Assembly (NCBI GenBank): GCA_031370785.1
Contig: JANMQY010000095.1
Span: 1-20,089, forward strand
DNA from: Candidatus Eiseniibacteriota bacterium
GTDB lineage: Bacteria; Eisenbacteria; RBG-16-71-46
Direction of reading: 5' to 3'
DNA length: 20,089 nucleotides
Within the stretch, counting starts at the first letter, position 1; each line of letters starts with the position of its first letter. A program made the position numbers and the translations under genes. Shown one piece after another: positions 1-7,737 of this stretch. The notes beneath the pieces were generated by a model. That model had not been told where the DNA came from. It was given only the letters and a program-made list of their open reading frames with translations, and did not search any database.

Positions 1-1145
1 CTCCGGCCGTAGCTCTTGTGGCCCAGGATGAAGAAATCGGGCTCGGGGTTGACCAGCACATCGGCGCCGAAAGCCGGCGTGGTGAGGCAATCGCCGGCCG
101 CCGCACCCAGCAACGCGGTCGCGAGCTTCATGGGCGCGAGCGTGGCGTAGCACTCGTGCACCTGAAGCTCGCGGTAGAGCGAGGTGTCGGGCCCAAAGCC
201 GGTGTTCGCGATGATCTGATCCACTTCCTCGACGCGTGGCTGCTCGCCGATGAGCAGGGCGACGCGATAGCGATGGGTGGCCGAGTTGAACTCGAAGCCT
301 TCGACCACGGCGCCGCCGATCGCCGTGACGTTGGGGTCGCCGCCGAGCGCGAGCACCCGGGTGGCGGCATAGAGCGCGCGCCGCTCCGGGAGCGGATCGT
401 CCGCCAGCCCCGGAAAGAGCGCCGCCGTGCTCCCGCGCATCGCCCACACCACGCTCGTGCCCGGCACTTCCGCCGCAAGCTTCGCCAGGCCGGTGACCGT
501 GGTGGCTGCACTCGCGCCCGCGCCGATCACGAGCGTACGCTTGCCGGCGTGGCGTGAGCGCGCGAGGCCCAGCACGTCCTCGACGTGGTAGGAGAGCTGG
601 GGTGCCAGGTAGAGCTCGCTGCGCGCCGGTATGCCGCCGTCGCCCGCCCAGTTGGGCTGTCCATAGACGCCCGAGGCGTCGATCACCGCAAAGGCGCTGA
701 GGAAGTTCTCGCGCCCGCCCTGGTCACGCACCAGCAGTCGGAACGGCGCCTCGCGCCGCTTTCCGGCCGGAAGGTCGTCGCCCTTGAGCAGGCCTCTCCG
801 GCCGATGTGCACCACCTGCGAGTGGCTGTGTACGCGGCCCGCGAGCTCGGGCAACCTGGCCACAGGCGCCAGAAAGCGCTCGGTGTATTCCTCGCCGGTC
901 GGGAACGCCTCGGGGTCGGGCGCGCTCCAGCCGGTGGCTTCGAGCCGGCGCCGCGAGGCGGGCCCCTCGTTCATGCGCCACGGCGTGAACAGGCGGACGT
1001 GCCCCCAGGCGATCGGGTGGGATCCGACTTCGCCGCGCTCAAACAGGTGCACGTCGAACCCACGGTCCAACCCGGCGCAGGCGGCCTCAAGCCCGATCGG
1101 GCCGGCGCCGATAACTGCCAAGGAATTGCGGGCGGGCAGGGGCAT
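1..1145 (-). CDS. FAD/NAD(P)-dependent oxidoreductase (two-dinucleotide-binding flavoprotein monooxygenase-like); 3' end lies outside the window
   Basis: Absent from the ORF track, consistent with no in-frame stop inside the window. Manual translation of the minus strand from ATG at 1145 (AGGA SD-like sequence upstream) gives MPLPARNSLAVIGAGPIGLEAACAGLDRGFDVHLFERGEVG (GxGxxG FAD fold), WGHVRLFTPW, VIDASG, a second motif KRTLVIGAGASA, IIANTGF and FFILGHKSYGR at the window edge. Confidence 0.88.
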   Translation of the reverse strand, partial: MPLPARNSLAVIGAGPIGLEAACAGLDRGFDVHLFERGEVGSHPIAWGHVRLFTPWRMNEGPASRRRLEATGWSAPDPEAFPTGEEYTERFLAPVARLPELAGRVHSHSQVVHIGRRGLLKGDDLPAGKRREAPFRLLVRDQGGRENFLSAFAVIDASGVYGQPNWAGDGGIPARSELYLAPQLSYHVEDVLGLARSRHAGKRTLVIGAGASAATTVTGLAKLAAEVPGTSVVWAMRGSTAALFPGLADDPLPERRALYAATRVLALGGDPNVTAIGGAVVEGFEFNSATHRYRVALLIGEQPRVEEVDQIIANTGFGPDTSLYRELQVHECYATLAPMKLATALLGAAAGDCLTTPAFGADVLVNPEPDFFILGHKSYGR

Positions 1146-1220
1146 GATGCGGTTCCTGTCTGGTTCGGGAGGTCGACGAGGATTTCGTGCTGATTAGGGC
1201 ACGGAATCCACGCCCGATCA

Positions 1221-1229
1221 AGAATAGCA
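1221..1229 (-). promoter_or_regulatory. Candidate extended -10 promoter element (TGc-TATTCT) for the oxidoreductase
   Basis: The minus strand reads TGCTATTCT about 75 nt upstream of the ATG at 1145. It matches the TGn-TAnnnT extended -10 pattern in an otherwise GC-rich spacer. Confidence 0.35.
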
Positions 1230-1328
1230 GCGTCGCACTCGAAGCGGTGGGCCGAGGCGCGCTAACTCGAGCAGCGGGCCTCCGAAGTATTTGCAGAGAT
1301 ATCGTCCGGCCGCCCCGGCGCGCGGGGA

Positions 1329-1355
1329 GGACCGGTGTCTGTGCTTTTCGCGTCT
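1329..1355 (+). promoter_or_regulatory. Candidate ECF-type (possibly autoregulatory) promoter GGACC-N17-CGTCT
   Basis: GGACC at 1329-1333, a 17-nt spacer and CGTCT at 1351-1355, upstream of the ECF sigma gene. It resembles the ECF consensus GGAAC-N16/17-CGT, with an imperfect -35. Confidence 0.25.
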
Positions 1356-1428
1356 GGGCGCTGCATCGGCGCCCCGCCGCGGCGAAAGGACTTGCCGGGT
1401 GGCATCGGTCCCATCTTCGAGCCCATGG

Positions 1429-1935
1429 ATGGAAGCCGGACATGAAGCCGGCCTGCTGCTCTCCTCGCAGCAGGGGGATCGAACCGCGTTCCTCGAGCTG
1501 GTCACCCACTACCGCCGCTCGATCTACCGGATCGCCTTTGCGCTCACTCGCAACGAGACCGACGCGCGCGAGCTGACTCGCGATGCCTTCGTGCTGGCGT
1601 GGAAGAACGTCAAACATCTTCCGCTGAGCCGTCCGCTCTACCCGTGGCTGGCGCGCTCGGTGCGCAACCTGTCGGTCGCGTTCCGCCGCCGCCGCTCGGG
1701 CAGCCCCGAAATCGGCAACGCTTCCCCCAACCCGCGTGAACGCGCGCTGGTGAACGCATTCTCCGAGCTGGGAGCGGACGAGCAGCTGGTGCTGGCGTTG
1801 CGTCTGGTGGAGAAGCTGTCCTACGACGACATCGCCTCCGCGCTCGAAGTGCCGAACCGAACCGCGATGTCGCGCCTCGCAACCGCGCGCGACCAGGTCA
1901 GCATCAAGGCCGCGCGCCTGCCGGGAGGCGCGTGA
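1429..1935 (+). CDS. ECF-type RNA polymerase sigma-70 factor (divergent)
   Basis: 168 aa from ATG 1429 (the track's start at 1291 adds non-sigma sequence). Sigma2 features: GDRTAFLELVTHY, DARELTRDAFVLAW and YPWLARSVRN. Sigma4 HTH: LRLVEKLSYDDIASALEVPNRTAMSRL. The stop overlaps the next gene's start (TGATG). Confidence 0.88.
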   Translation: MEAGHEAGLLLSSQQGDRTAFLELVTHYRRSIYRIAFALTRNETDARELTRDAFVLAWKNVKHLPLSRPLYPWLARSVRNLSVAFRRRRSGSPEIGNASPNPRERALVNAFSELGADEQLVLALRLVEKLSYDDIASALEVPNRTAMSRLATARDQVSIKAARLPGGA

Positions 1936-4442
1936 TGCACCTGACCGTTCAGCAGATGTCCGCCCGGCTCGATGACGCGCTCGCCGGTGCCTCGCAGCAG
2001 CTGGTCATCCGCCACCTCGAACAGTGCGAAGCCTGCCGGGCCGAGCTGGCCACGCTCACTTCGCAGGACGAGGGATTGTCGCGGGCGCTTCTCGACGAGC
2101 CGGGCAAGGCGCTGCTCGAGGCGCTGACCCTCGAGATCGAAGGCGTCCTCAATCCGGGCAAGGTCGCGGCGAACGCCGCCAGGATTTCGGAGCTGGAGGC
2201 CGAGCACAAGCGCGAGAAGGAGGCCGCGCGCAAGGCGCAGGTCGAGGCTCGCGCAAAGGCGTTGAAGGCCGCGGAGGAGGAGCGCGAGCGTCTCGCCAAG
2301 GAAGAGGCCGAGCGTGCCGCGCGCGCGCGCCATGAGACCGAGCGCGTGGAGCGCGACCGCGTCCAGGCCGCATCCCGCGCCAAAGCGGAAGCCGAAGCGA
2401 GAGAGCGCGAAGAGAAGCGGCTGCGCGAAGCGGCCGCGCTGCTCAACCGCGCGGAGAATGCGGCGCAGGCAAAGATCAATGAGGCGCGCGAGCCGCATGC
2501 GCAGCGCGACACCCATCACCGGATGCTGGAAGAGGCCGCGCAGTCGGCGCAGGCCGACGCCGAATCGATCGCAAAGGCGCGCGGCGGAGCGGAAGCCAGG
2601 CAGCGCTCGGTGATCGCGGCGCGTGTGCGAGAGGAAGCGATGCGCGCCGAGGCCGAAGCCCAGGCAAAGCTCGAAGAGGCGCGCCGTGCGCGCGAAGCTG
2701 CCGACGAGGCCGAACGCATCGAGCACGAACGCGAAGCTGCCAACGAGGCGAAACGGGTCGAGCGCGAACGCCTGGAGCGCGAGGCGCGGGAGCGGGCGGA
2801 AGCCAGCGAAGCGCGTGCTCTGGCCGCGGCGATCGAGGCCGCGCACGAGGATGCGAAGCGCGCCGCCGAGGAGGCTCGCGCGCTGGCCGAGATCGAGGCG
2901 AAAGCGCGCAAAGAGGCGGAGCGCGCCGCGAAGGAAGCCACCGCCCGGGCGGAAGCGGAAGAGCGTGCGCGCGAAGAAGCCGAGCGGGCAGCAGACGAAG
3001 CGCGCACCCGGCTGGAGGCCGAAGCAAAGGCCCGCGAAGAGACGGCGGTTGCCGAGGAGGCCCGCGTCCGTGGTCAGGCGGAAGCTCAGTCGCGCGAAGA
3101 AGCGAGGCGGGCGACGCAGGAGGCGCGGGCGCGCGCCGAGGCGGAAGCAAAGGCGCGCGAAGAGTCGGAGCGGGTGGCGGCAGAAGCGCGAAGCGCGGCC
3201 GAGGTGCGGGCGCGTCAGGAAGCCGAGCGCGTCGCTCGCGAGATGGCCGCGTTGGCCGCGCGCGAACGCGAGATGGCCGAGCTCCGTGCGGTGGCGGCTG
3301 CGCAGGCGATCGCGGAGGCCGAGATGCGTGCGGCCGAGGCGGCGCAACTGCGTGCCGAGGCGGAAACGCGCGCCGCCCGCGCGGCACAGAGTGCGGTCGA
3401 GGCCGAAGCCCGGTTGATGGCGCTGCGCGCCGAGTCGGACCGTCGCAATGCGATCAACACGCTCGCCGCCGCGGCGCAAGCACCGAAACGAAACGATCTG
3501 GGTATCGAGCCGGTCGGGTACGGCCTCGATCCTCTGCCTGAATACACGCCCGCGCGGTACGACCCCGCGGCCCCTCGACGCAAACAGGGTGTGCTGCCGC
3601 CCGAGGCTCGGCTTTCGCCGTCCACGCCATCGCAGGAGGCTCAGGTTTCACCGCCCGCGCCCTCGCGGCAAGCTACGGCTTCGCCGAAAGCCCCGGCTTC
3701 GCCGCGCTCGACGGCGCCGCGGCCGTCGCGGCCCCGTCCCTCGCGCGTGATCGAGGCGCCGCCGCCCCCCCGGAGCTCGCATGGATGGATCGGAATTGCC
3801 GCAGCGGCCATAATCGTGCTCGCCGCCGCGCTCTTCCTGTTGCGCATCGACCGCCTGTGGCGCTTCGGCGACGCTTCGGGCACGAACGGAGCGCGTGGGA
3901 CCGCCTCGACCGTGGCTGCGCCGCCGCTGGACGCTGAGCATCTCGCGAACCCATCCACCAGCCCCGCGCCGAGCGCCGTTCCACAGAGCACACTGCCGAA
4001 ATTGACATCGCCAACCGAAAAGCCTGCGTCCGAAACGTCGCCGATCGGACTCGCGACGCATTCACCTTCCGGTACGCCGCCAGAAGAAACCCAGGTGCGC
4101 CCCGCGCGAGCCGCGCACACTTCGCGACCGCACCCGACCCCGCTGGCTCCCGCGCCGCAGCCCCATGTCGAGCTTGGCCTGATGTGCGGGACGGTGAAGG
4201 ACGAAGAGGGCCGACCGGTCGCCGGCGCGCGCGTGATCATGGCCGACGTCGGAATTGGCGTGGTCACCGACCGGACCGGCCGCTATTGCATGACCGCCCC
4301 GCTCGGAGAGCGCACGCTCTCGGTGATGGCGATGGGCTTCACGACCTGGCGAGAGGTGGTCAGTGTGAGCAAGCTGACCTCCGAGCTGCAGGTGACGCTC
4401 AAGTCGCCGTCACCCGCCGCCGACCCGGCCACGCCCAACTAG
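1935..4442 (+). CDS. Zinc-binding (zf-HC2/ZAS) anti-sigma-like membrane protein with long charged helical rod, one TM helix, Pro-rich linker and C-terminal carboxypeptidase-regulatory-like domain
   Basis: ATG 1935 (or GTG 1932) overlaps the sigma stop. N-terminal H...HLEQCEAC (HxxxCxxC); a ~430-aa E/A/R/K-rich helical region; hydrophobic WIGIAAAAIIVLAAALFLL (3786-3842); a P/S/T-rich linker; C-terminal GTVKDEEGRPVAGARV...TDRTGRY...LSVMAMGF typical of CarboxypepD_reg-like beta-sandwiches. Confidence 0.85.
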   Translation: MHLTVQQMSARLDDALAGASQQLVIRHLEQCEACRAELATLTSQDEGLSRALLDEPGKALLEALTLEIEGVLNPGKVAANAARISELEAEHKREKEAARKAQVEARAKALKAAEEERERLAKEEAERAARARHETERVERDRVQAASRAKAEAEAREREEKRLREAAALLNRAENAAQAKINEAREPHAQRDTHHRMLEEAAQSAQADAESIAKARGGAEARQRSVIAARVREEAMRAEAEAQAKLEEARRAREAADEAERIEHEREAANEAKRVERERLEREARERAEASEARALAAAIEAAHEDAKRAAEEARALAEIEAKARKEAERAAKEATARAEAEERAREEAERAADEARTRLEAEAKAREETAVAEEARVRGQAEAQSREEARRATQEARARAEAEAKAREESERVAAEARSAAEVRARQEAERVAREMAALAAREREMAELRAVAAAQAIAEAEMRAAEAAQLRAEAETRAARAAQSAVEAEARLMALRAESDRRNAINTLAAAAQAPKRNDLGIEPVGYGLDPLPEYTPARYDPAAPRRKQGVLPPEARLSPSTPSQEAQVSPPAPSRQATASPKAPASPRSTAPRPSRPRPSRVIEAPPPPRSSHGWIGIAAAAIIVLAAALFLLRIDRLWRFGDASGTNGARGTASTVAAPPLDAEHLANPSTSPAPSAVPQSTLPKLTSPTEKPASETSPIGLATHSPSGTPPEETQVRPARAAHTSRPHPTPLAPAPQPHVELGLMCGTVKDEEGRPVAGARVIMADVGIGVVTDRTGRYCMTAPLGERTLSVMAMGFTTWREVVSVSKLTSELQVTLKSPSPAADPATPN
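2877..3245 (+). repeat. Six degenerate ~21-aa (63-nt) tandem repeats in the anti-sigma rod
   Basis: RALAEIEAKARKEAERAAKEA / TARAEAEERAREEAERAADEA / RTRLEAEAKAREETAVAEEA / RVRGQAEAQSREEARRATQEA / RARAEAEAKAREESERVAAEA / RSAAEVRARQEAERVAREM. Confidence 0.75.
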
Positions 4443-4539
4443 GGCGTCCTCTCCCGCGTTCCACCAGGCCGCCCGACACCACGGCGCTGCCCGCCCGGGC
4501 CCCCGCCCGGACTCCCGCGATCTGCCCGGAACCCTGCGC

Positions 4540-4568
4540 CTAAAGTCCGACGCCACCGTGCCCGAAAA
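4540..4568 (+). promoter_or_regulatory. Candidate sigma28 (FliA/SigD)-type promoter for the che operon
   Basis: CTAAAG at 4540-4545 and CCCGAAAA at 4561-4568, versus the consensus TAAA-N15-GCCGATAA. The spacer is one base longer than canonical. It lies about 190 nt upstream of cheA. Confidence 0.4.
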
Positions 4569-4570
4569 CG

Positions 4571-4718
4571 TTTCAGCAGGCTGAAAAGCGGGCAACCGCC
4601 ACGTGCGCGGTGGGCCCTCACCCGGCTTTCCTCGAGTTTCCATCTCGTGCCGGGTGAGGCTGTCGTGTCGTGAAACGTTGCCGGCGTTGTCGTCTTTGTC
4701 AGCGACCCCTCGGGTCCA
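4571..4718 (+). other. Structured 5' leader / inverted-repeat cluster upstream of cheA
   Basis: Perfect inverted repeat TTTCAGC-AG-GCTGAAA (4571-4586), GNRA hairpin GCGG-GCAA-CCGC (4588-4599), perfect 11-bp stem CCTCACCCGGC/GCCGGGTGAGG (4616-4626/4649-4659) and small hairpin GACCC-CTC-GGGTC. Confidence 0.45.
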
Positions 4719-4760
4719 CACATCGATCGAAACATTCGTGTCGGGACTGGAAAGACGCTC

Positions 4761-7193
4761 ATGAGCAGCTCGGACGACAGGATTGTCGAAGAATTCCTGA
4801 TCGAGAGTCACGAGAACCTCGACCAGCTCGACCGCGACCTCGTGACGCTGGAGCGTGACCCCGCCTCCCGCGAGGTGCTCGGCCGCGTCTTTCGCGCGAT
4901 CCACACGATCAAGGGCACCTGCGGGTTCCTCGGTTTTGCCCGCCTCCAGTCCGTTGCGCACGCCGGCGAGAGCCTGCTGAGCCGCCTGCGCGACGGCGAG
5001 CTCGCGCTGACTCCGGAGATGACGAACGCGCTGCTGGCCATGGTCGATGCGATCCGCATCATTCTTACCAGCATCGAGTCGACCGGCGGCGAAGGTGAAG
5101 GGGACTACGCCGCACCGATCGCCGCACTTCAGCGATTCTCGCCGGCCAGGGCCACGCCCGCATCGGGAGCCACGCCCGCGCCGGTGCCTGGCTTCAAGAA
5201 GCCGGTCGGCAAAGCCTCACCCGTCGCGGAGCCGAGTCCGCCTCGCGTCACTACCCCGCAGGCGCCGGCGCCCAGGTTCACCGAGTCGCAGCCGTCGCGC
5301 CTTTTCGATCCGCTCGTCGACGCGGGCAGGATCGGGCGCGACAAGGTGGACGAGGCGGAGCGCCTGCAGAAGCTGGGAGACCCGCGCCGCATTGGCGAAA
5401 TCCTGGTGGATCAGGGCCTGCTTCAGCCTCACGAAGTGCTCGAAGCGCTGGTGGTGCACGGCGACGCGCACGGTGGCGGGGTGACCGACGGACACGTGCG
5501 CGTGGACGTCAAGCTGCTCGACCGCCTGATGAACCTGGTCAGCGAGCTGGTGCTGGCGCGTAACCAGATCCTCCAGTACGTGGGCACGCACGAGTTCGGC
5601 GCGCTGCCCGCCACCTCGCAGCGCCTCAACGTGATCACCTCCGAGCTGCAGGAGGGGATCATGAAGACCCGTATGCAGCCGATCAGCACGCTGTGGAACA
5701 AGCTGCCGCGCCTGGTGCGCGACGTGAGCACGGCGTGCCGCAAGGACGTGCGTCTCGAGATGGACGGCAAGGACACCGAGCTGGACAAGACCGTGCTCGA
5801 GGCGATCCGCGATCCGCTGATGCACCTGGTGCGCAACGCAATCGATCACGGAATCGAGGGGCGCGAGATCCGCACGGTGTGCGGGAAGCCCGCCGAGGGC
5901 CGGCTGCTGCTGCGCGCCTATCATGAGGACGCGCAGGTCTACATCGAGATCTCCGACGACGGCGCGGGGATCCCGATCGAGCGCATCAAGCGCAAGGCGC
6001 TCGATCGGCACCTGATCGAGGCCGATCGGGTCGAGCACATGACCGATCACGACTGGGCGAATCTGATCTTCCTTCCGGGGTTCTCGACCGCGCAGCAGAT
6101 CACCAACGTCTCGGGCCGCGGGGTCGGGATGGACGTGGTGAAGACCAACGTCGAAGCGATCGGCGGGGCGGTCGAGGTGCAGACCCAGCCCACGGTCGGC
6201 ACCACCATCTTCCTGCGGATCCCGCTCACGCTCGCGATCATCCCGGCGCTGATCGTCACTGACGGCGGCGAGCGCTACGCAATCCCGCAGGCCAATCTGC
6301 AGGAGCTGGTGCGGCTCGACACGAGCGCCCCCGCGCCCGGCCCCTCGGGACCTGGCGCGATCGAGGACGTGCACGGCTTGCCGGTGTGCCGTCTGCGCGG
6401 CGCGCTCCTGCCACTGGTTCCGCTCAGGCACGCGCTGTGCCCCCCTGACGCGACGTTCCCGCGCGAACTGCCGTCGGAGCGCACGCTCAACCTGGTGGTG
6501 CTCCAGTCCGACGGCCGGGTGTTCGGGCTGGTGGTGGACGAGATCAACGACGCCGAAGAGATCGTGGTCAAGCCGCTCGTCGACCACCTGAAGCGCGTGC
6601 CGGGACTCGCCGGCGCCACCATCCTCGGCGACGGTCGCGTCGCCCTGATCCTGGATGTCGCCTCGATCGCGCGCCATGCCGGCGTGATCAACGCGAGCGG
6701 GCGATCGACTTCGCCGGCGGATGCCGCCTCCGCGAGCGCGGCCGAGTGCGCCGGTCGCCGCAAGCTCCTGCTGTTCCGCCTGAACGATGAGCGCCGCGTC
6801 GCGCTGCCGCTCGAGCGCGTGACCCGGCTCGAAGAGTTCGCCTCAGGCGCGATCGAGCGCGCTGGCGGGCGTGAGGTCGTGCAGTACCGCGGGGAGATCC
6901 TGCCGGTGGTGCGCGTCGCCGAAATGCTCGGCGAGGCTCCCGGGGAATCCGACGCGACGATGCAGATCGTGGTGCTGCCATGGCGCGGGCGCCCGATCGG
7001 GCTGATCGCGGGACGCCTGATCGACATCGTCGAGCAGATCGATGAAGAGCAGCCGGTCGCGAGCCGCCAGGGGGTCGCGGGGTCGATCGTGCTCCAGCAG
7101 CGGGTCACCGATGTGCTGGACGTGGATGCGCTGGTCTCGAATGCCGGGCTCGAAGGGTTCGCGCCCGAGACTGCGCACGCGGCCGGGGACTGA
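4761..7193 (+). CDS. cheA: Chemotaxis histidine kinase CheA (HPt, Pro-rich linker plus MshEN-like motif, dimerisation, HATPase, two CheW domains)
   Basis: HPt RAIHTIKGTCGFLG; dimerisation VRVDVKLLDRLMNLVSELVLARNQ; N box HLVRNAIDHGIE; G boxes ISDDGAGI, FLPGFST and SGRGVGMDVV; two CheW-like domains at the C-terminus. Confidence 0.97.
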   Translation: MSSSDDRIVEEFLIESHENLDQLDRDLVTLERDPASREVLGRVFRAIHTIKGTCGFLGFARLQSVAHAGESLLSRLRDGELALTPEMTNALLAMVDAIRIILTSIESTGGEGEGDYAAPIAALQRFSPARATPASGATPAPVPGFKKPVGKASPVAEPSPPRVTTPQAPAPRFTESQPSRLFDPLVDAGRIGRDKVDEAERLQKLGDPRRIGEILVDQGLLQPHEVLEALVVHGDAHGGGVTDGHVRVDVKLLDRLMNLVSELVLARNQILQYVGTHEFGALPATSQRLNVITSELQEGIMKTRMQPISTLWNKLPRLVRDVSTACRKDVRLEMDGKDTELDKTVLEAIRDPLMHLVRNAIDHGIEGREIRTVCGKPAEGRLLLRAYHEDAQVYIEISDDGAGIPIERIKRKALDRHLIEADRVEHMTDHDWANLIFLPGFSTAQQITNVSGRGVGMDVVKTNVEAIGGAVEVQTQPTVGTTIFLRIPLTLAIIPALIVTDGGERYAIPQANLQELVRLDTSAPAPGPSGPGAIEDVHGLPVCRLRGALLPLVPLRHALCPPDATFPRELPSERTLNLVVLQSDGRVFGLVVDEINDAEEIVVKPLVDHLKRVPGLAGATILGDGRVALILDVASIARHAGVINASGRSTSPADAASASAAECAGRRKLLLFRLNDERRVALPLERVTRLEEFASGAIERAGGREVVQYRGEILPVVRVAEMLGEAPGESDATMQIVVLPWRGRPIGLIAGRLIDIVEQIDEEQPVASRQGVAGSIVLQQRVTDVLDVDALVSNAGLEGFAPETAHAAGD

Positions 7194-7196
7194 ACG

Positions 7197-7631
7197 ATGT
7201 CCGAGCTTCGGCAGCTCTGCACGTTCCTGCTGGAAGGCATGCTGTATGGCATCGAGGTCGAGCGCGTTCAGGAGGTCATGAGCGCGCACGAGATCACGCG
7301 CCTGCCCGCACGCAATGCCGCGGTGCGCGGGCTGCTCAACCTGCGCGGCCAGATCGTGCCGGTCGTGGACCTGCGCCATTGCCTGGGGCTGAGCGCGCGA
7401 CCGGTGGGCGTCGCGCCCGCCAACGTGGTGGTGCGCAGCGCCGAGGGTGCGATCAGCCTGTGGGTGGACGAGATCGGCGATGTGGTCGAGGTGTCGCAGG
7501 ACGCCTTCGAGCGTCCGCCCGCCGCGCTAAACGCGCGGGGCGGCGAGCTGATTCGCGGCGCGTACAAGCTGGAGGACCGGTTGCTGCTGGTACTGGATAT
7601 CGCTCGCACGCTGCAGAGCGCAACCGTGTGA
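7197..7631 (+). CDS. cheW: Chemotaxis coupling protein CheW
   Basis: [27 protein letters not shown] and VDEIGDVV motifs; begins 3 nt after the cheA stop. Confidence 0.95.
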   Translation: MSELRQLCTFLLEGMLYGIEVERVQEVMSAHEITRLPARNAAVRGLLNLRGQIVPVVDLRHCLGLSARPVGVAPANVVVRSAEGAISLWVDEIGDVVEVSQDAFERPPAALNARGGELIRGAYKLEDRLLLVLDIARTLQSATV

Positions 7632-7737
7632 CGTCGAAGATGACAACGTCCGGTTCGGCGCGGCACACGCGCCGCGCGGGACTCACCGGGACTCCGGGGC
7701 GATACGGCCCGGCCCAGAAGCACAGGGAGTGCACGAG

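Noticed and set aside
18..1197. Plus-strand ORFs 18..557, 585..1193 and 784..1197
   Set aside because: They are antisense shadows of the minus-strand flavoprotein and contain no recognisable motifs.
1935..4442. Calling the 835-aa protein TolA or TonB
   Set aside because: The similarity is compositional only. The helical region lies N-terminal to the TM helix (cytoplasmic) and follows a ZAS motif, the opposite of TolA topology.
4571..4718. Formal call as a c-di-AMP (ydaO) riboswitch
   Set aside because: Only partial word matches; key conserved segments are missing. It is kept as an unassigned structured leader.
7632..7737. Small RNA or REP-like element between cheW and the MCP gene
   Set aside because: Only short GC-only stems (GCGCGGC/GCCGCGC) are present, and I saw no copy elsewhere in the window.
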